IMG/VR virus record: IMGVR_UViG_3300031515_000001
Coordinates: 1-55,522 of that record
From: a virus
Taxonomy: Duplodnaviria > Caudoviricetes
Direction: 5' to 3' (one strand)
Length of the DNA stretch: 55,522 bases
This document shows, one piece after another, positions 9,940 through 19,508 of the stretch (its first letter is position 1; each line of letters begins with the position of its first letter). Position numbers and translations under genes: made by a program. The notes beneath the pieces were generated by a model. That model was given only the letters and a program-made list of their open reading frames with translations, ran no database searches and was not told the origin of the DNA.

Positions 9940-10800
9940 TTATCTCCGTAAATCGTACGCTGCAACCAATTGAGCGTACGGCAAATTTAAATATTGTAAT
10001 CTCTTATAATTAAGAATAGGTTCCTGTCTGTTAAGTGTCATATATTGTAGTCTCTCAGATACAAGTCCACTTTCAGTATAAAGCATAAACCCTTTATCAG
10101 TCATAAAAATAGTTTTTATACATCCATGTTTTATATAGTTTACTGATTTGCATTGGTCTGGAGACAAAAATGATAATTCAGCCTCTCTTATATCAGTTGT
10201 ATAAGATATTAAGTATATGCCAGAATCTGTTCCAATAAGTAATCCACTATTAGTTGGAGCAATCATTACAATTCTATCTGGCATCTGTATCAGATTATAA
10301 CGTTTATCTATAACTTCAAAATCCCACAAATCAGAAAAATAAAGTAGATTTCCCACAGCAGAAAATAATCTACCTCTATGATGTTCTACTGGAAATCCAG
10401 CTGGAAGATACATTTTAAAATCATCTATATTGCCTTGTGGTATTTGAACTACATCATTTGTTTTGTTTATTTTGAAAAAGTCAATTCCATTTGATGCATA
10501 AATAGTTTTATTTACTTCCGTGTAATAAAGAGGCAAATCGGAAGATAGAGTATGAAGTAGAGTAGTAGGATATAAATAGAAATTTAATCCAGAAGCATAA
10601 AAGAGCCTATCTTCCGAGACAAAAGCATCTCTTGGATTCTGTATATTAATAACTGACTGAGATGCAGGAAATCCTCTGATAACACCTACATTGGTAACAT
10701 AGGCATTCATCAGAGTCTTAAAAAAAGTTTGCCTTGTCTCAGTTATTCGTAATTGTTCTTCTTTGGATTGTCCTACAAAATTACTAAGACTTATTGCCAC
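9940..10800 (-). CDS. putative tail (nozzle/beta-propeller-like) protein
   Basis: Repeated beta-strand units (GRLFSAVGNLLYFSD, GLLIGTDSGIYLI); lies downstream of the adaptor. Confidence 0.5.
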   Translation of the reverse strand: MAISLSNFVGQSKEEQLRITETRQTFFKTLMNAYVTNVGVIRGFPASQSVINIQNPRDAFVSEDRLFYASGLNFYLYPTTLLHTLSSDLPLYYTEVNKTIYASNGIDFFKINKTNDVVQIPQGNIDDFKMYLPAGFPVEHHRGRLFSAVGNLLYFSDLWDFEVIDKRYNLIQMPDRIVMIAPTNSGLLIGTDSGIYLISYTTDIREAELSFLSPDQCKSVNYIKHGCIKTIFMTDKGFMLYTESGLVSERLQYMTLNRQEPILNYKRLQYLNLPYAQLVAAYDLRR

Positions 10801-11038
10801 AGCATTTCACTCCAGTGGCGGATTTCATATTAGGTGCTATATCAAGCACAATTCTTGTGAGGGCTTCAATATCTTGAGCCACAAGCATTTTATTTGTTTT
10901 AATAGGGATACCATCTTCACTCACTTCGGATATATATACATATAAAATAAAACCCCCATTATCCGCCACAGTAATGCTCAATGAATCAGCTATCGGAGCC
11001 ATAACTCCAGCTGGTACTCCTCTTTGCGGTTGTATCAT
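10784..11038 (-). CDS. hypothetical protein
   Basis: SD AGGAGG; 84 aa; overlaps the next gene. Confidence 0.55.
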   Translation of the reverse strand: MIQPQRGVPAGVMAPIADSLSITVADNGGFILYVYISEVSEDGIPIKTNKMLVAQDIEALTRIVLDIAPNMKSATGVKCCGNKS

Positions 11039-11054
11039 ACTACACCTCCTTTTG

Positions 11055-11072
11055 AATTAAATCGATTTAATT
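11055..11072. repeat. 18-bp palindrome AATTAAATCGATTTAATT
   Basis: Perfect copy between the adaptor stop codon and the next SD. Confidence 0.95.
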
Positions 11073-11707
11073 CACAAAAGTCCTTTGTGTATTGTACTTA
11101 CCTCACTAATACTTGTATCTCGTATAAACTTCCCTTTAAAATCATTCAATGCATCTATATACATACTACGATATATCTGAAATGCCTGAGAATTATATGT
11201 CTCTGTATCTGGCATAGCAAAAGCTCTGGACATCACTCCAAGAATACATAATTCCTGATTTGGAAAATCAAAGGTACTGCTCATCGTATAAATCGGTATA
11301 TTAGTTAATAAAGCCATTAAATAATAAGAATCATCAGGTATTGGGTATATAATAAAAGTTCCTGTTGACAAATCATTTGAGTAATATGTAGGTCTTCCAG
11401 TATTAGTTGTTCCTCTAAGTTTACTTCTTATGATATTTGGTGGGCTGTAAATTAAAGGTTCTTCTCTCATATTGGTATCTTTATCATAAATATTACATTT
11501 CATAACGACCCCGTTAGTAGTGTATTCTGTAACATTCTTAACTATTGGTATAATAGAATATGCTTCGGTATATAAATTGGCACGTCTGCTGATATCTTCT
11601 ACAGTTTCATTTATTAACTGTAATAAAACTTCATCGCTCCATAAATAAGGTTCTGTAGTATCTACCAATCTTGTCCTTAATATGTCAATAAATTCAATTA
11701 TAGTCAT
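11072..11707 (-). CDS. head-tail adaptor protein
   Basis: LRTRLVD..EPYLWSDEVLLQLINE N-terminus and G.PTYY...IYPIPD typical of podovirus adaptors; position after the capsid genes. Confidence 0.7.
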   Translation of the reverse strand: MTIIEFIDILRTRLVDTTEPYLWSDEVLLQLINETVEDISRRANLYTEAYSIIPIVKNVTEYTTNGVVMKCNIYDKDTNMREEPLIYSPPNIIRSKLRGTTNTGRPTYYSNDLSTGTFIIYPIPDDSYYLMALLTNIPIYTMSSTFDFPNQELCILGVMSRAFAMPDTETYNSQAFQIYRSMYIDALNDFKGKFIRDTSISEVSTIHKGLL

Positions 11708-12063
11708 AATAATAGACCTCCTATTACCACTCCAATTAAGACGCCTATGCCTAAATTCTGTATAGCCTCAAAAAACGATTGCTTCTTTTGTTTTGATAAA
11801 TCCTGCTTTAGTTGTTTTATTTCAATATCTTGTAATTCTTTTTGCTCTTCAACAAGTTTAATTTTTTTCTTTAACAATTCATTTTGTTTTTTAAGTAGGT
11901 CAACTTCAGCTGATAATTCTTCAACTTCTTTTTCCAAGATTTTTTTCTGCTCTAATTCAACAACTGCCATTTTAGCTTGCTCTACAGACATACAAGCAAG
12001 CTCTTCAGCATAAACAAAAGAGCTTAAAAGTAATATGCTACTTATAATATATAGAAATATCAT
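11704..12063 (-). CDS. spanin-like coiled-coil protein (signal peptide plus C-terminal TM)
   Basis: Hydrophobic N- and C-termini flanking a coiled coil; last gene of the lysis cassette. Confidence 0.5.
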   Translation of the reverse strand: MIFLYIISSILLLSSFVYAEELACMSVEQAKMAVVELEQKKILEKEVEELSAEVDLLKKQNELLKKKIKLVEEQKELQDIEIKQLKQDLSKQKKQSFFEAIQNLGIGVLIGVVIGGLLL

Positions 12064-12352
12064 ATCCCAACGCCTTAAATCTTTTTACAATTTCTTCATC
12101 AGATAAAGGCTTTTTTATCTCTTGTCGCTGTTTTCTAAGAGATGCAATTTTCATATCCCTGTCTTTGATTTCCTGTTCATAAAATTTCAATTGCTCCTCT
12201 AATTGCTTTATTTCCATATCTTTTTGTTTTATAATTCTATCAGCCTTCTTGACAGACATAGAACTCCCAAGCCTATATGAAATAGACGAAATTAGAATAA
12301 AACATAATATGATACCTAATAAAATAAGAATCCATTTCATTTTACTCATCAT
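12038..12352 (-). CDS. i-spanin-like protein
   Basis: N-terminal TM helix followed by a coiled coil, immediately after the endolysin. Confidence 0.55.
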   Translation of the reverse strand: MMSKMKWILILLGIILCFILISSISYRLGSSMSVKKADRIIKQKDMEIKQLEEQLKFYEQEIKDRDMKIASLRKQRQEIKKPLSDEEIVKRFKALGYDISIYYK

Positions 12353-12903
12353 TTTAAATTATATTCTTCTGCAAATTTAAATATTTTATATGGATATGAA
12401 ATGTTTACACTACAAAAATCTACATACCTATCTTTTCCTCGCCTGCATGCTTTTTCAACCTCCTTCCATTCACAGCTTCCAGCTCTTTTTATTTCCCTAT
12501 TTATATTGGCAATCCCTCCATTGTACGCCCTAAAGGCAAAATACCAACCTTCACAAATTGTAGCTTTATAACAGGCATAATCATATAATATTCCGGCTCT
12601 TATATTCCATTCAGGAGATAATGGATTGTATGGTATTTTTCTTAGATATGGATATTTTTGATGTAACTCTCTTGCAGTTTCAGGCATTATTTGTGTTAAT
12701 CCCACACCTCCATCATAGGCAATTAACCCTTCCCTGCAAGAACTTTCTGTTTTTATCTGAGCTAAAAAATAATGGTAAGGGGCATGTAGCCCCCCAATGT
12801 AGCGTGCTTCCCTCTTAACTATAGGAAGATATTTGATACATCTATCAAATGCATGCACATTAGTGAATAGTAGCAGAACTAATATTATAGCCCTAATGAA
12901 CAC
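12349..12903 (-). CDS. endolysin, lytic transglycosylase (SLT family) with N-terminal signal sequence
   Basis: IKTESS catalytic Glu motif, GLTQIMPETA, AYNGG; signal-like MFIRAIILVLLLFTNVHA. Confidence 0.9.
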   Translation of the reverse strand: MFIRAIILVLLLFTNVHAFDRCIKYLPIVKREARYIGGLHAPYHYFLAQIKTESSCREGLIAYDGGVGLTQIMPETARELHQKYPYLRKIPYNPLSPEWNIRAGILYDYACYKATICEGWYFAFRAYNGGIANINREIKRAGSCEWKEVEKACRRGKDRYVDFCSVNISYPYKIFKFAEEYNLK

Positions 12904-13187
12904 GCTATTATGATAGATGAATACAAAAATCCTCTAAATATCCCTATAGCAAGAGTATAATTCCCACTCTGCGAGATAAATTCTATATTCTCAAATTCTC
13001 CAAAGTAAGGTCGAAAGCCCATACTCCATATAGATTCTGCAAGAACGAATCCAACTATAGTCATACAAATCTTGTAAAGGGAGGTTCCAATAGCAGTTTT
13101 ATACAAATCCAACAGGTCAATCAGCACTACCATTATGAATATCCCACCAATAATAGGTGCAATTCTACGAAGTATCTTACTTAGCAT
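12885..13187 (-). CDS. putative holin (3 TM)
   Basis: 100 aa with three hydrophobic segments, directly upstream of the endolysin. Confidence 0.7.
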   Translation of the reverse strand: MLSKILRRIAPIIGGIFIMVVLIDLLDLYKTAIGTSLYKICMTIVGFVLAESIWSMGFRPYFGEFENIEFISQSGNYTLAIGIFRGFLYSSIIIACSLGL

Positions 13188-13611
13188 CCATCTTCACCAC
13201 TATAGCTCTTACAATTACCTTACCTTTTACTGTTGTAGCACCAGAATATGTAGCTGTTAAATTTATAGTAGCATTAGCTGTGTACCTGCGGGAATAGCCA
13301 TAAGCACCGGGTGTTGTTGTTACTGTACCAGCTGAACTCTTTAAATTTATTGATGCAATGAAACCATCATCATCAGAACCATCACCAAGGATAGCAGTAG
13401 CAGAAGTAGCTGCATTAGATGGAGTTACAATTTCTACTTCTGTACCTAATACTCTATAACCATCTAATACAGGCAAGCATTGAACTACATCGCCAGATGC
13501 AATATTTAGGGAGTCTAAATCAATTGTATTCTCCAAAATAAACACTCTATCAAGAGTTGCGAAAGGTTTACTACCTAACATATTTGATGGAATTCCATTT
13601 ATAGTTGCCAT
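13177..13611 (-). CDS. putative capsid decoration/cement protein
   Basis: Small beta-rich protein (GDVVQCLPV...LGDG.DDDGF) just after the major capsid gene. Confidence 0.6.
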   Translation of the reverse strand: MATINGIPSNMLGSKPFATLDRVFILENTIDLDSLNIASGDVVQCLPVLDGYRVLGTEVEIVTPSNAATSATAILGDGSDDDGFIASINLKSSAGTVTTTPGAYGYSRRYTANATINLTATYSGATTVKGKVIVRAIVVKMDAK

Positions 13612-13627
13612 GTTTTACCTCCTTTAA

Positions 13628-13789
13628 TTATTTTGTTGTTTTAATTTTTGATGACGCAGGGGTTACATCATCCCTGACTTCCTTTCTTTTCTCTTCAGGT
13701 TTTATTTCTACAAACTCATTGCCTAATCTGAAATCGTCACTTACCTCAAAGATTACACCGTCAGACAATCTCTTGACTAATTTAGCCAT
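13628..13789 (-). CDS. small protein (53 aa, not in ORF track)
   Basis: SD GGAGG at 13796-13800; MAKLVKRLSDGVIFEVSDDFRLGNEFVEIKPEEKKKEVRDDVTPASSKIKTTK. Confidence 0.7.
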   Translation of the reverse strand: MAKLVKRLSDGVIFEVSDDFRLGNEFVEIKPEEKRKEVRDDVTPASSKIKTTK

Positions 13790-13802
13790 ACTATGCCTCC
13801 CG

Positions 13803-13820
13803 AATTAAATCGATTTAATT
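13803..13820. repeat. 18-bp palindrome AATTAAATCGATTTAATT
   Basis: Perfect copy between the post-capsid hairpin and the next SD. Confidence 0.95.
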
Positions 13821-13821
13821 C

Positions 13822-13840
13822 AGAGGGGGGAGCCCCCTCT
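13822..13840 (-). terminator. GC-rich hairpin after the major capsid gene (terminator or mRNA stabiliser)
   Basis: AGAGGGGG-CTC-CCCCCTCT 8-bp stem; no U-tract follows. Confidence 0.5.
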
Positions 13841-13844
13841 ATAA

Positions 13845-14792
13845 TTATGTAGCCTTCTTAGCGTATAATACACCAAATCCAGCAGGCATAATGACATCAA
13901 AATCATAAACGATTAAACCCTTCATTGCGTCAGCAAATGTATTATGAGGTCTATACCTCTCTGTCTTATTAATCTGGCTAACAAATACTAATGAGCCTTT
14001 GTAACCAAATGGAATATAGTATGCTCCATCTGTAGTTGACCTATAGAGAAGATTGGATTCAAAAATGTTAAGCTTGCCTATTTGCTTTCCAGTAAATCCA
14101 CCTTTTAGCAGAAGGCTTTTACCATCACCAGCAAATGCTGCATTTTTCAAATCAGATTTATTAATCAGATTCATAATGAGAGGAGGAAGAACTATCCATC
14201 TATCTTCATCTGGAACATCTTGTTCATCAAGAACAGAATCACAATCAATAAGATAATCAAGGACGTTGGCGGGGGTTAATGATACGGGAGTGCCAGCTGT
14301 GCCTAAATTATATGCTCTGGAACGTACTCCGGCAGTTGTTCCCTGATTTGCTGGATGAGCTTTTGTATAGATAGTAGAGAATACTTCAGAATCAATAACA
14401 ATCTTCTGTTGCTGCGCAGCATTATCCGCTAATTTATCTATCCATGATAAATCTGCCTGCTTAATATCGATATCATCTAATGCGAAATTGAAATACTTAG
14501 CTCTTTTTACTGTGAATTCAATAGCTGGACTTTCTGGGTATTCAATCTCAAGAGCCTTACCTTTCTCATAATTCTTAATTGTTACATCTGGTAGAGTTCT
14601 AATTACAACAGTATCTCCAACATTTCTAAGTTCCCCAACATAATCAGTTGTTGCTATATTAGCGATAACACTCTTGCTATAAAAACGCTCAAGAAGTTTA
14701 CCGCTAAAAAGCATTGGGATATGAGCATTACCGGGGCTACCCGGTCTTCCATACTCATAACCCGGATAACCTGTTACTCTTGGAACTGCCAT
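13845..14792 (-). CDS. major capsid protein (HK97 fold)
   Basis: IPMLFSGKLL...DYVGEL..VGDTVVI, LDEQDVPDEDRWIVLPP, FADAMKGL.VY patterns; follows the scaffold. Confidence 0.9.
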   Translation of the reverse strand: MAVPRVTGYPGYEYGRPGSPGNAHIPMLFSGKLLERFYSKSVIANIATTDYVGELRNVGDTVVIRTLPDVTIKNYEKGKALEIEYPESPAIEFTVKRAKYFNFALDDIDIKQADLSWIDKLADNAAQQQKIVIDSEVFSTIYTKAHPANQGTTAGVRSRAYNLGTAGTPVSLTPANVLDYLIDCDSVLDEQDVPDEDRWIVLPPLIMNLINKSDLKNAAFAGDGKSLLLKGGFTGKQIGKLNIFESNLLYRSTTDGAYYIPFGYKGSLVFVSQINKTERYRPHNTFADAMKGLIVYDFDVIMPAGFGVLYAKKAT

Positions 14793-14804
14793 TTATATTA
14801 CCTC

Positions 14805-15719
14805 CTATTTTCCATAAAGTATTCTGTTTTCAAGCAAAGCTTGAATAATATCCCTTTCTTTTTTTTCCTTAATTTCTGGAGATATTTTACCTAAAGCCGC
14901 ATCTGTATAAAACTGTCTAATTTCACTTTCCTTGTATATTTTCTTCCCCACATTCTGGGTAGACTGAGCTGCTTTTCTATGAGGTGGAGCTGTAAATTTC
15001 TGCGCCATGGGAGCTTCAGACTCTTCATTGTTATTATTTTGAGTTAACTTCTCATAAGTATTAAATAAGTGAGCAACAGCCGTAGCATCGCCCTGCTGAA
15101 AGGCAATCATCATAAGTTTATGCTTCGTCATTGTTGGAACTTCCTGTGAAGGCGTATTCAACCAATCAAGAAAATCTGGGTCAGTATTGAGAGTTCTCCA
15201 ATTAGGAGCCATAGCATCCAATCTGGCGTAGAAATTACCGGTAGTTGCCTCTTGTTTTATTTCATTGAGTTTAGGTTCAATTTCTCCAATCTTTCTACTT
15301 AGCAATTTAGATACAGCATTATATATCTCAGGATACTCAGACCTCAATTTAACAATATCATCATCTTCTGCTTGTGGTTGAGATTGTTGCTGTTTAGTCT
15401 GATTCATATACATAACAGCCTGCTCAAGCATAGAGAGTCTGTTCATCAGTTCTTCCTTTTCACGCTTGAGCATTTTTATCTCTTTGGATAGTCTTGGAAC
15501 TTCTTTATCATACTTGCCTTTGAGGACTTTATACTTCTGCTCCCAATCTCCAGCTGAGGGTGGTTCTTCAGGTTCTTGCTTAGATGTCTGGTCCTGAAGA
15601 GCCTCTCCTGTCTGGATAAATTGAGAGTAGTCCTCTGGTAAAGTTTCTACTTGTTGTTGAGATGTGTCATCAGGAACTTGCTTTTGAAGTTCCTGAGCAT
15701 CATCATATTGTAATTGCAT
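14805..15719 (-). CDS. capsid scaffolding protein
   Basis: Acidic N-terminus, WEQKYKVLKGKYDKEVPRL coiled coil, PNWRTLNTDPDFLDWL; between portal and capsid. Confidence 0.8.
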   Translation of the reverse strand: MQLQYDDAQELQKQVPDDTSQQQVETLPEDYSQFIQTGEALQDQTSKQEPEEPPSAGDWEQKYKVLKGKYDKEVPRLSKEIKMLKREKEELMNRLSMLEQAVMYMNQTKQQQSQPQAEDDDIVKLRSEYPEIYNAVSKLLSRKIGEIEPKLNEIKQEATTGNFYARLDAMAPNWRTLNTDPDFLDWLNTPSQEVPTMTKHKLMMIAFQQGDATAVAHLFNTYEKLTQNNNNEESEAPMAQKFTAPPHRKAAQSTQNVGKKIYKESEIRQFYTDAALGKISPEIKEKKERDIIQALLENRILYGK

Positions 15720-15721
15720 AA

Positions 15722-15949
15722 TTAAACCTCCTCATTTTTTGATATTTTATTGGCTACAGCCAAAATTATACTAAGAAAATTACCAATCCCTTGTAAAAAT
15801 CTAATATTTTCATACTCAGAAGTTGTATATAATCCACTGGTTATCTTATTGTACTCATCAGTAAGAATAGAGATAAATTCTTCAAAATCTTCTTTATCAA
15901 ATTTCTTCCATCCTCTAAACACTTTTTCCAACCTAATTGTATCTATCAT
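15722..15949 (-). CDS. small head-region protein
   Basis: 75 aa helical ORF coupled to the portal; IRFLQG motif. Confidence 0.55.
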   Translation of the reverse strand: MIDTIRLEKVFRGWKKFDKEDFEEFISILTDEYNKITSGLYTTSEYENIRFLQGIGNFLSIILAVANKISKNEEV

Positions 15950-17856
15950 CCTAATTGCTCCTTCTGCATTTGTACCGCCTGTTCTTGAACAGGCGTTTGT
16001 TCTGGTATTTCTTTAGGAGGTACCACTCCCTTCTGCATGCCCATAAGCTGAGATAAATCCACTTGATTATTCATAGGAACCTTTAATCCAAAATTAGTAA
16101 AGATATTTTCAAGCAAATACCTTCTTCCTTCTGCACCTACTATCTGTGTATCAATAGGATTTGATACGAGTTGTAGTACCTGTAGCAACTTCTGTATCTG
16201 AGCCATCTTATTTGCAAGTGTAATAGAACCAACAGCTTTTATATTTAAATCTGGTATATTCAAATCATTTTCATAAAAGTTTATAAGGTTGTACATGTAT
16301 TGCCGTGTGACCACCGGCTCAATAATGCCAGAATCTATATTTTTAACTACTTCTTTTATCCCCCTTGCAGATGACTCCATAAGCATACTCAAACCAGATG
16401 CAGTTCTGCCTGATGTTCCAGTTGTTACCATACTGTGGGCATACGGAGGAATTCCACTTAATTCATCAGCTAATTTCATATAATACATTACTACCTGTAC
16501 TAAAGCATTGGAAGTAAGTTGAGGTTGGTAGAACTTATAAGCTGGTGTAGTAGCCATACCATAATCATGACTGTCAAATATCCTCCATGGAGCTATCTCT
16601 TTAGGCTCATTTGGAGGGATTCTATCAATATTCCTTTCTATCATTGGTCCAGATGACAAAGCTGAATTATTTATAATGGCTCTTGATAATGCATTAACAC
16701 CATCTTGCAAATCCTTAAGCACTTCAACAAGAGACATGCCCCAAAAGGAACTTGGTATGTCAACAAAGGAAGTTTTACAATAAGGCTTTTTTCCAAGTGG
16801 GTCAGGATTCAAAGTGGCTTTTAGGACTACATTATCACATACCCAGACAGTAACTTCATAATATTCATTATCATCTATATTAGAAATAAAATCAGAAATA
16901 TAACTGCCTTTTACACTGCCCCAAAATTCGAGAACATCTATTAATCCTTCTGATACTCCAGACTTACCTTCCAGCTCTTTCCTTTCTGTATTATAGGTCT
17001 GAGAGACTGAGTAACCTGTATCTCCATATAAACCTAAAATAAAATCAATAGCATCTTCATCAAACCCTTCAATATCTTTCAAAGAAGCCAAATCCTGCGG
17101 AGTAAGATGTAGAACTTCTATAACCCAATCAGAAAAATCAGAGGCATTTGGAGAAGGATAAATATCAAAAGGATTAACTCTATTAAATGTAGGAATTACC
17201 TTCCAAGTTGGTTGCCTATTCTTATCAAATACCTTAACCTTACGAGGGATACTACCTTTCATGATAGCTGCAGGATAAACAGCCAAATCAAAAAAGATAT
17301 CCTTTAAGGCAGGAAAAAAGGCACCTTCAACAAATTGGTCATATATCCTCTGTTTTTCTTTCTTTGCTAATTTCTTAGCCCTCTCCAGTAATTCATCCTC
17401 AAATTGCTCTTTGTTTCTTTCAATAGCTTTCTTTACATATGGAAGAATTCTATCAAGACTGACTTGCCCTGCTGTAAGTTCTTCTAAAGCAGAGGCTTGC
17501 TGTATAATATTACTTACAGTATCTGCCAAATCTCTATAAAATTCTTCCATCTGATCTTGTGGTAATTCTGGTTTTGGCGTAGGTTCAATATCAAATGGGG
17601 GCTCTCCTGTATCTGGAAAGAAAATATCAGTAAGCCATGCTATCAAGGCTCTACATTTTATATTACATAATGGCACATATATCTCTGAACCACCAATTTC
17701 TCGTATACTCTTCAATTTGTCAGGTGTATATTTCTTCTTGAAATAATACAGGTTCTCAATCATTATGGATTCTACTGGACTTTTCGCCAGAGAAGCCCGC
17801 TCAAATAGATTTTTAATATGAGAGATTAAGGGATGTAATTCCTCTTGCTCCGTCAT
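15946..17856 (-). CDS. portal protein
   Basis: 636 aa after TerL; VNPFDIYP, SFWGMSL, ADELSGIP, TASGLSML motifs of podovirus portals. Confidence 0.9.
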   Translation of the reverse strand: MTEQEELHPLISHIKNLFERASLAKSPVESIMIENLYYFKKKYTPDKLKSIREIGGSEIYVPLCNIKCRALIAWLTDIFFPDTGEPPFDIEPTPKPELPQDQMEEFYRDLADTVSNIIQQASALEELTAGQVSLDRILPYVKKAIERNKEQFEDELLERAKKLAKKEKQRIYDQFVEGAFFPALKDIFFDLAVYPAAIMKGSIPRKVKVFDKNRQPTWKVIPTFNRVNPFDIYPSPNASDFSDWVIEVLHLTPQDLASLKDIEGFDEDAIDFILGLYGDTGYSVSQTYNTERKELEGKSGVSEGLIDVLEFWGSVKGSYISDFISNIDDNEYYEVTVWVCDNVVLKATLNPDPLGKKPYCKTSFVDIPSSFWGMSLVEVLKDLQDGVNALSRAIINNSALSSGPMIERNIDRIPPNEPKEIAPWRIFDSHDYGMATTPAYKFYQPQLTSNALVQVVMYYMKLADELSGIPPYAHSMVTTGTSGRTASGLSMLMESSARGIKEVVKNIDSGIIEPVVTRQYMYNLINFYENDLNIPDLNIKAVGSITLANKMAQIQKLLQVLQLVSNPIDTQIVGAEGRRYLLENIFTNFGLKVPMNNQVDLSQLMGMQKGVVPPKEIPEQTPVQEQAVQMQKEQLG

Positions 17857-18053
17857 TATTTCTTTTTCCTAAGTTTAGATAATGTTATTGCTAATCTGGC
17901 TCTACGTCCTACAGTTCCGCCCTGTTTAGCCTTCTGCTGCAGCCATGACTTCGATATAGTTCCCCGAGATGTTATAGCTCCAGCTGCTTTTGCCTGTTTT
18001 CTTAATGCGCCAGGATTTTTTATTGCCTTTTGAATCCATTTCTTATCTGCCAT
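17856..18053 (-). CDS. small basic protein
   Basis: SD AGGAGG; KWIQKAIKNPGALR...RARLAITL, Lys/Arg-rich. Confidence 0.7.
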   Translation of the reverse strand: MADKKWIQKAIKNPGALRKQAKAAGAITSRGTISKSWLQQKAKQGGTVGRRARLAITLSKLRKKK

Positions 18054-18074
18054 GTTTTACCTCCTATTTAAAAA

Positions 18075-19508
18075 TTATATAAATCCAGCATAATTGCTGG
18101 TAGACTTTGTTCTAAAAGGATTAAATTTCTCTGTATCCTTATTATAAGACATGGCAGGTGAATAGCCTAAGCATGCATACTGTAAGGCATCCATAACATG
18201 TGAATAACTATTCTTTTCAGGAAGCTCAGCATATCGTTCAGTAGCTACTCTAATTCTTCTAAAATGATACTTTCCATTAAAACCTTCTCTTAAAGTTTGG
18301 CACTTGCTTGAAAGAATAAACGCGGGCTTTCCCTGAACATACTTGGTTAAGTAATAATTTACAGCTTTTATTCTATCATGTAGACTGTTTGTATATGCAG
18401 GATATGCTTTTGAAAATCCATAGTATTTCAATAAAGTATAACAGGAACGAAAATCAATTTGTGAGCGGGCTGTTCCTGCTGGGTCTCCAACAATATGGAT
18501 ATCATACATAAAGTATTTTGCATTTATATGAGGTCTCAATACATCTTTTATGAAGGTTTCTACATCAATAGGCTCAACTGTAACTAATTCATCATATACA
18601 AAAAGCTTACCATCTGGAGTGCTTTGCACAAAGACACAAGCTGGATATAGACCAAAATCCATTCCTACTATCAATGGAAGTTCTTTTATTGGCTTTAGTT
18701 CTTCTGAAGTGCAATGAATTGCATCTGAATATGCAGTAAAAACAGGCTTTCCTTCTTTTGTATAGCCAAATTCTCCATGAATATATACTCTAATAAAATC
18801 TTCATCTTGCCCTATAGCAAGATCTTGATAATAATTTACTGGCAAATTTTCTATATTTTCAGCTTCTGGGGATAAACCTGAGGGCTGTTTAAAAAATCCT
18901 ATCAACTTTTCATTATTTTTCGCATTCTTAATAAAAAAATCATGGAGCCAATGCTCCGTAGATGGAGGGTTACTATCCATTATTATATAAGAATATGTAA
19001 CCCCTCCTTGTTTTTTTGATGGATATCTGCCTATACGACCTCTCAAAACCTTAAAAAACTCAAAATCTATTTCCCTTGCTTCGTTTATCCACGCTCCTGA
19101 AATTTCTAATGACAGCAAATCTCTTACTTGTTCAGGCTCATCTAAAGCTCTCAATAACCATTCACTTTCAACAACAGTGCCGTCTTCAAGTCCAAACTTG
19201 AATATATACATAGCTTTAGCTTCTTTCCATACATAAAGTGGCTTAGGTAACCAATTATCTATTGTCCTTTTTGTAGTATCCTGAAGCATTCTTGCGGTGT
19301 TTCTAATAATGGCGTATCTTGTTCTTCTTACATTTTCAAAAGGTTCTTGAGTTATCATAGAATTAAACAAATGGATTACACAACCTGATGACTTACCACT
19401 TCCTACAGGTCCCATAATGAACTTAAGAGGTTTCCTACTTTCTAAAAAGTTTTTAACAGTAGGGACAGATTTTAGATTGTAATCTATTTCATAAATCACA
19501 ATTACCAA
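18075..19508 (-). CDS. terL: terminase large subunit
   Basis: Walker A GPVGSGKS, Walker B-like WINEARE, DSNPP coupling motif, nuclease GMDFG and SHVMDALQY. Confidence 0.95.
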   Translation of the reverse strand: MVIVIYEIDYNLKSVPTVKNFLESRKPLKFIMGPVGSGKSSGCVIHLFNSMITQEPFENVRRTRYAIIRNTARMLQDTTKRTIDNWLPKPLYVWKEAKAMYIFKFGLEDGTVVESEWLLRALDEPEQVRDLLSLEISGAWINEAREIDFEFFKVLRGRIGRYPSKKQGGVTYSYIIMDSNPPSTEHWLHDFFIKNAKNNEKLIGFFKQPSGLSPEAENIENLPVNYYQDLAIGQDEDFIRVYIHGEFGYTKEGKPVFTAYSDAIHCTSEELKPIKELPLIVGMDFGLYPACVFVQSTPDGKLFVYDELVTVEPIDVETFIKDVLRPHINAKYFMYDIHIVGDPAGTARSQIDFRSCYTLLKYYGFSKAYPAYTNSLHDRIKAVNYYLTKYVQGKPAFILSSKCQTLREGFNGKYHFRRIRVATERYAELPEKNSYSHVMDALQYACLGYSPAMSYNKDTEKFNPFRTKSTSNYAGFI

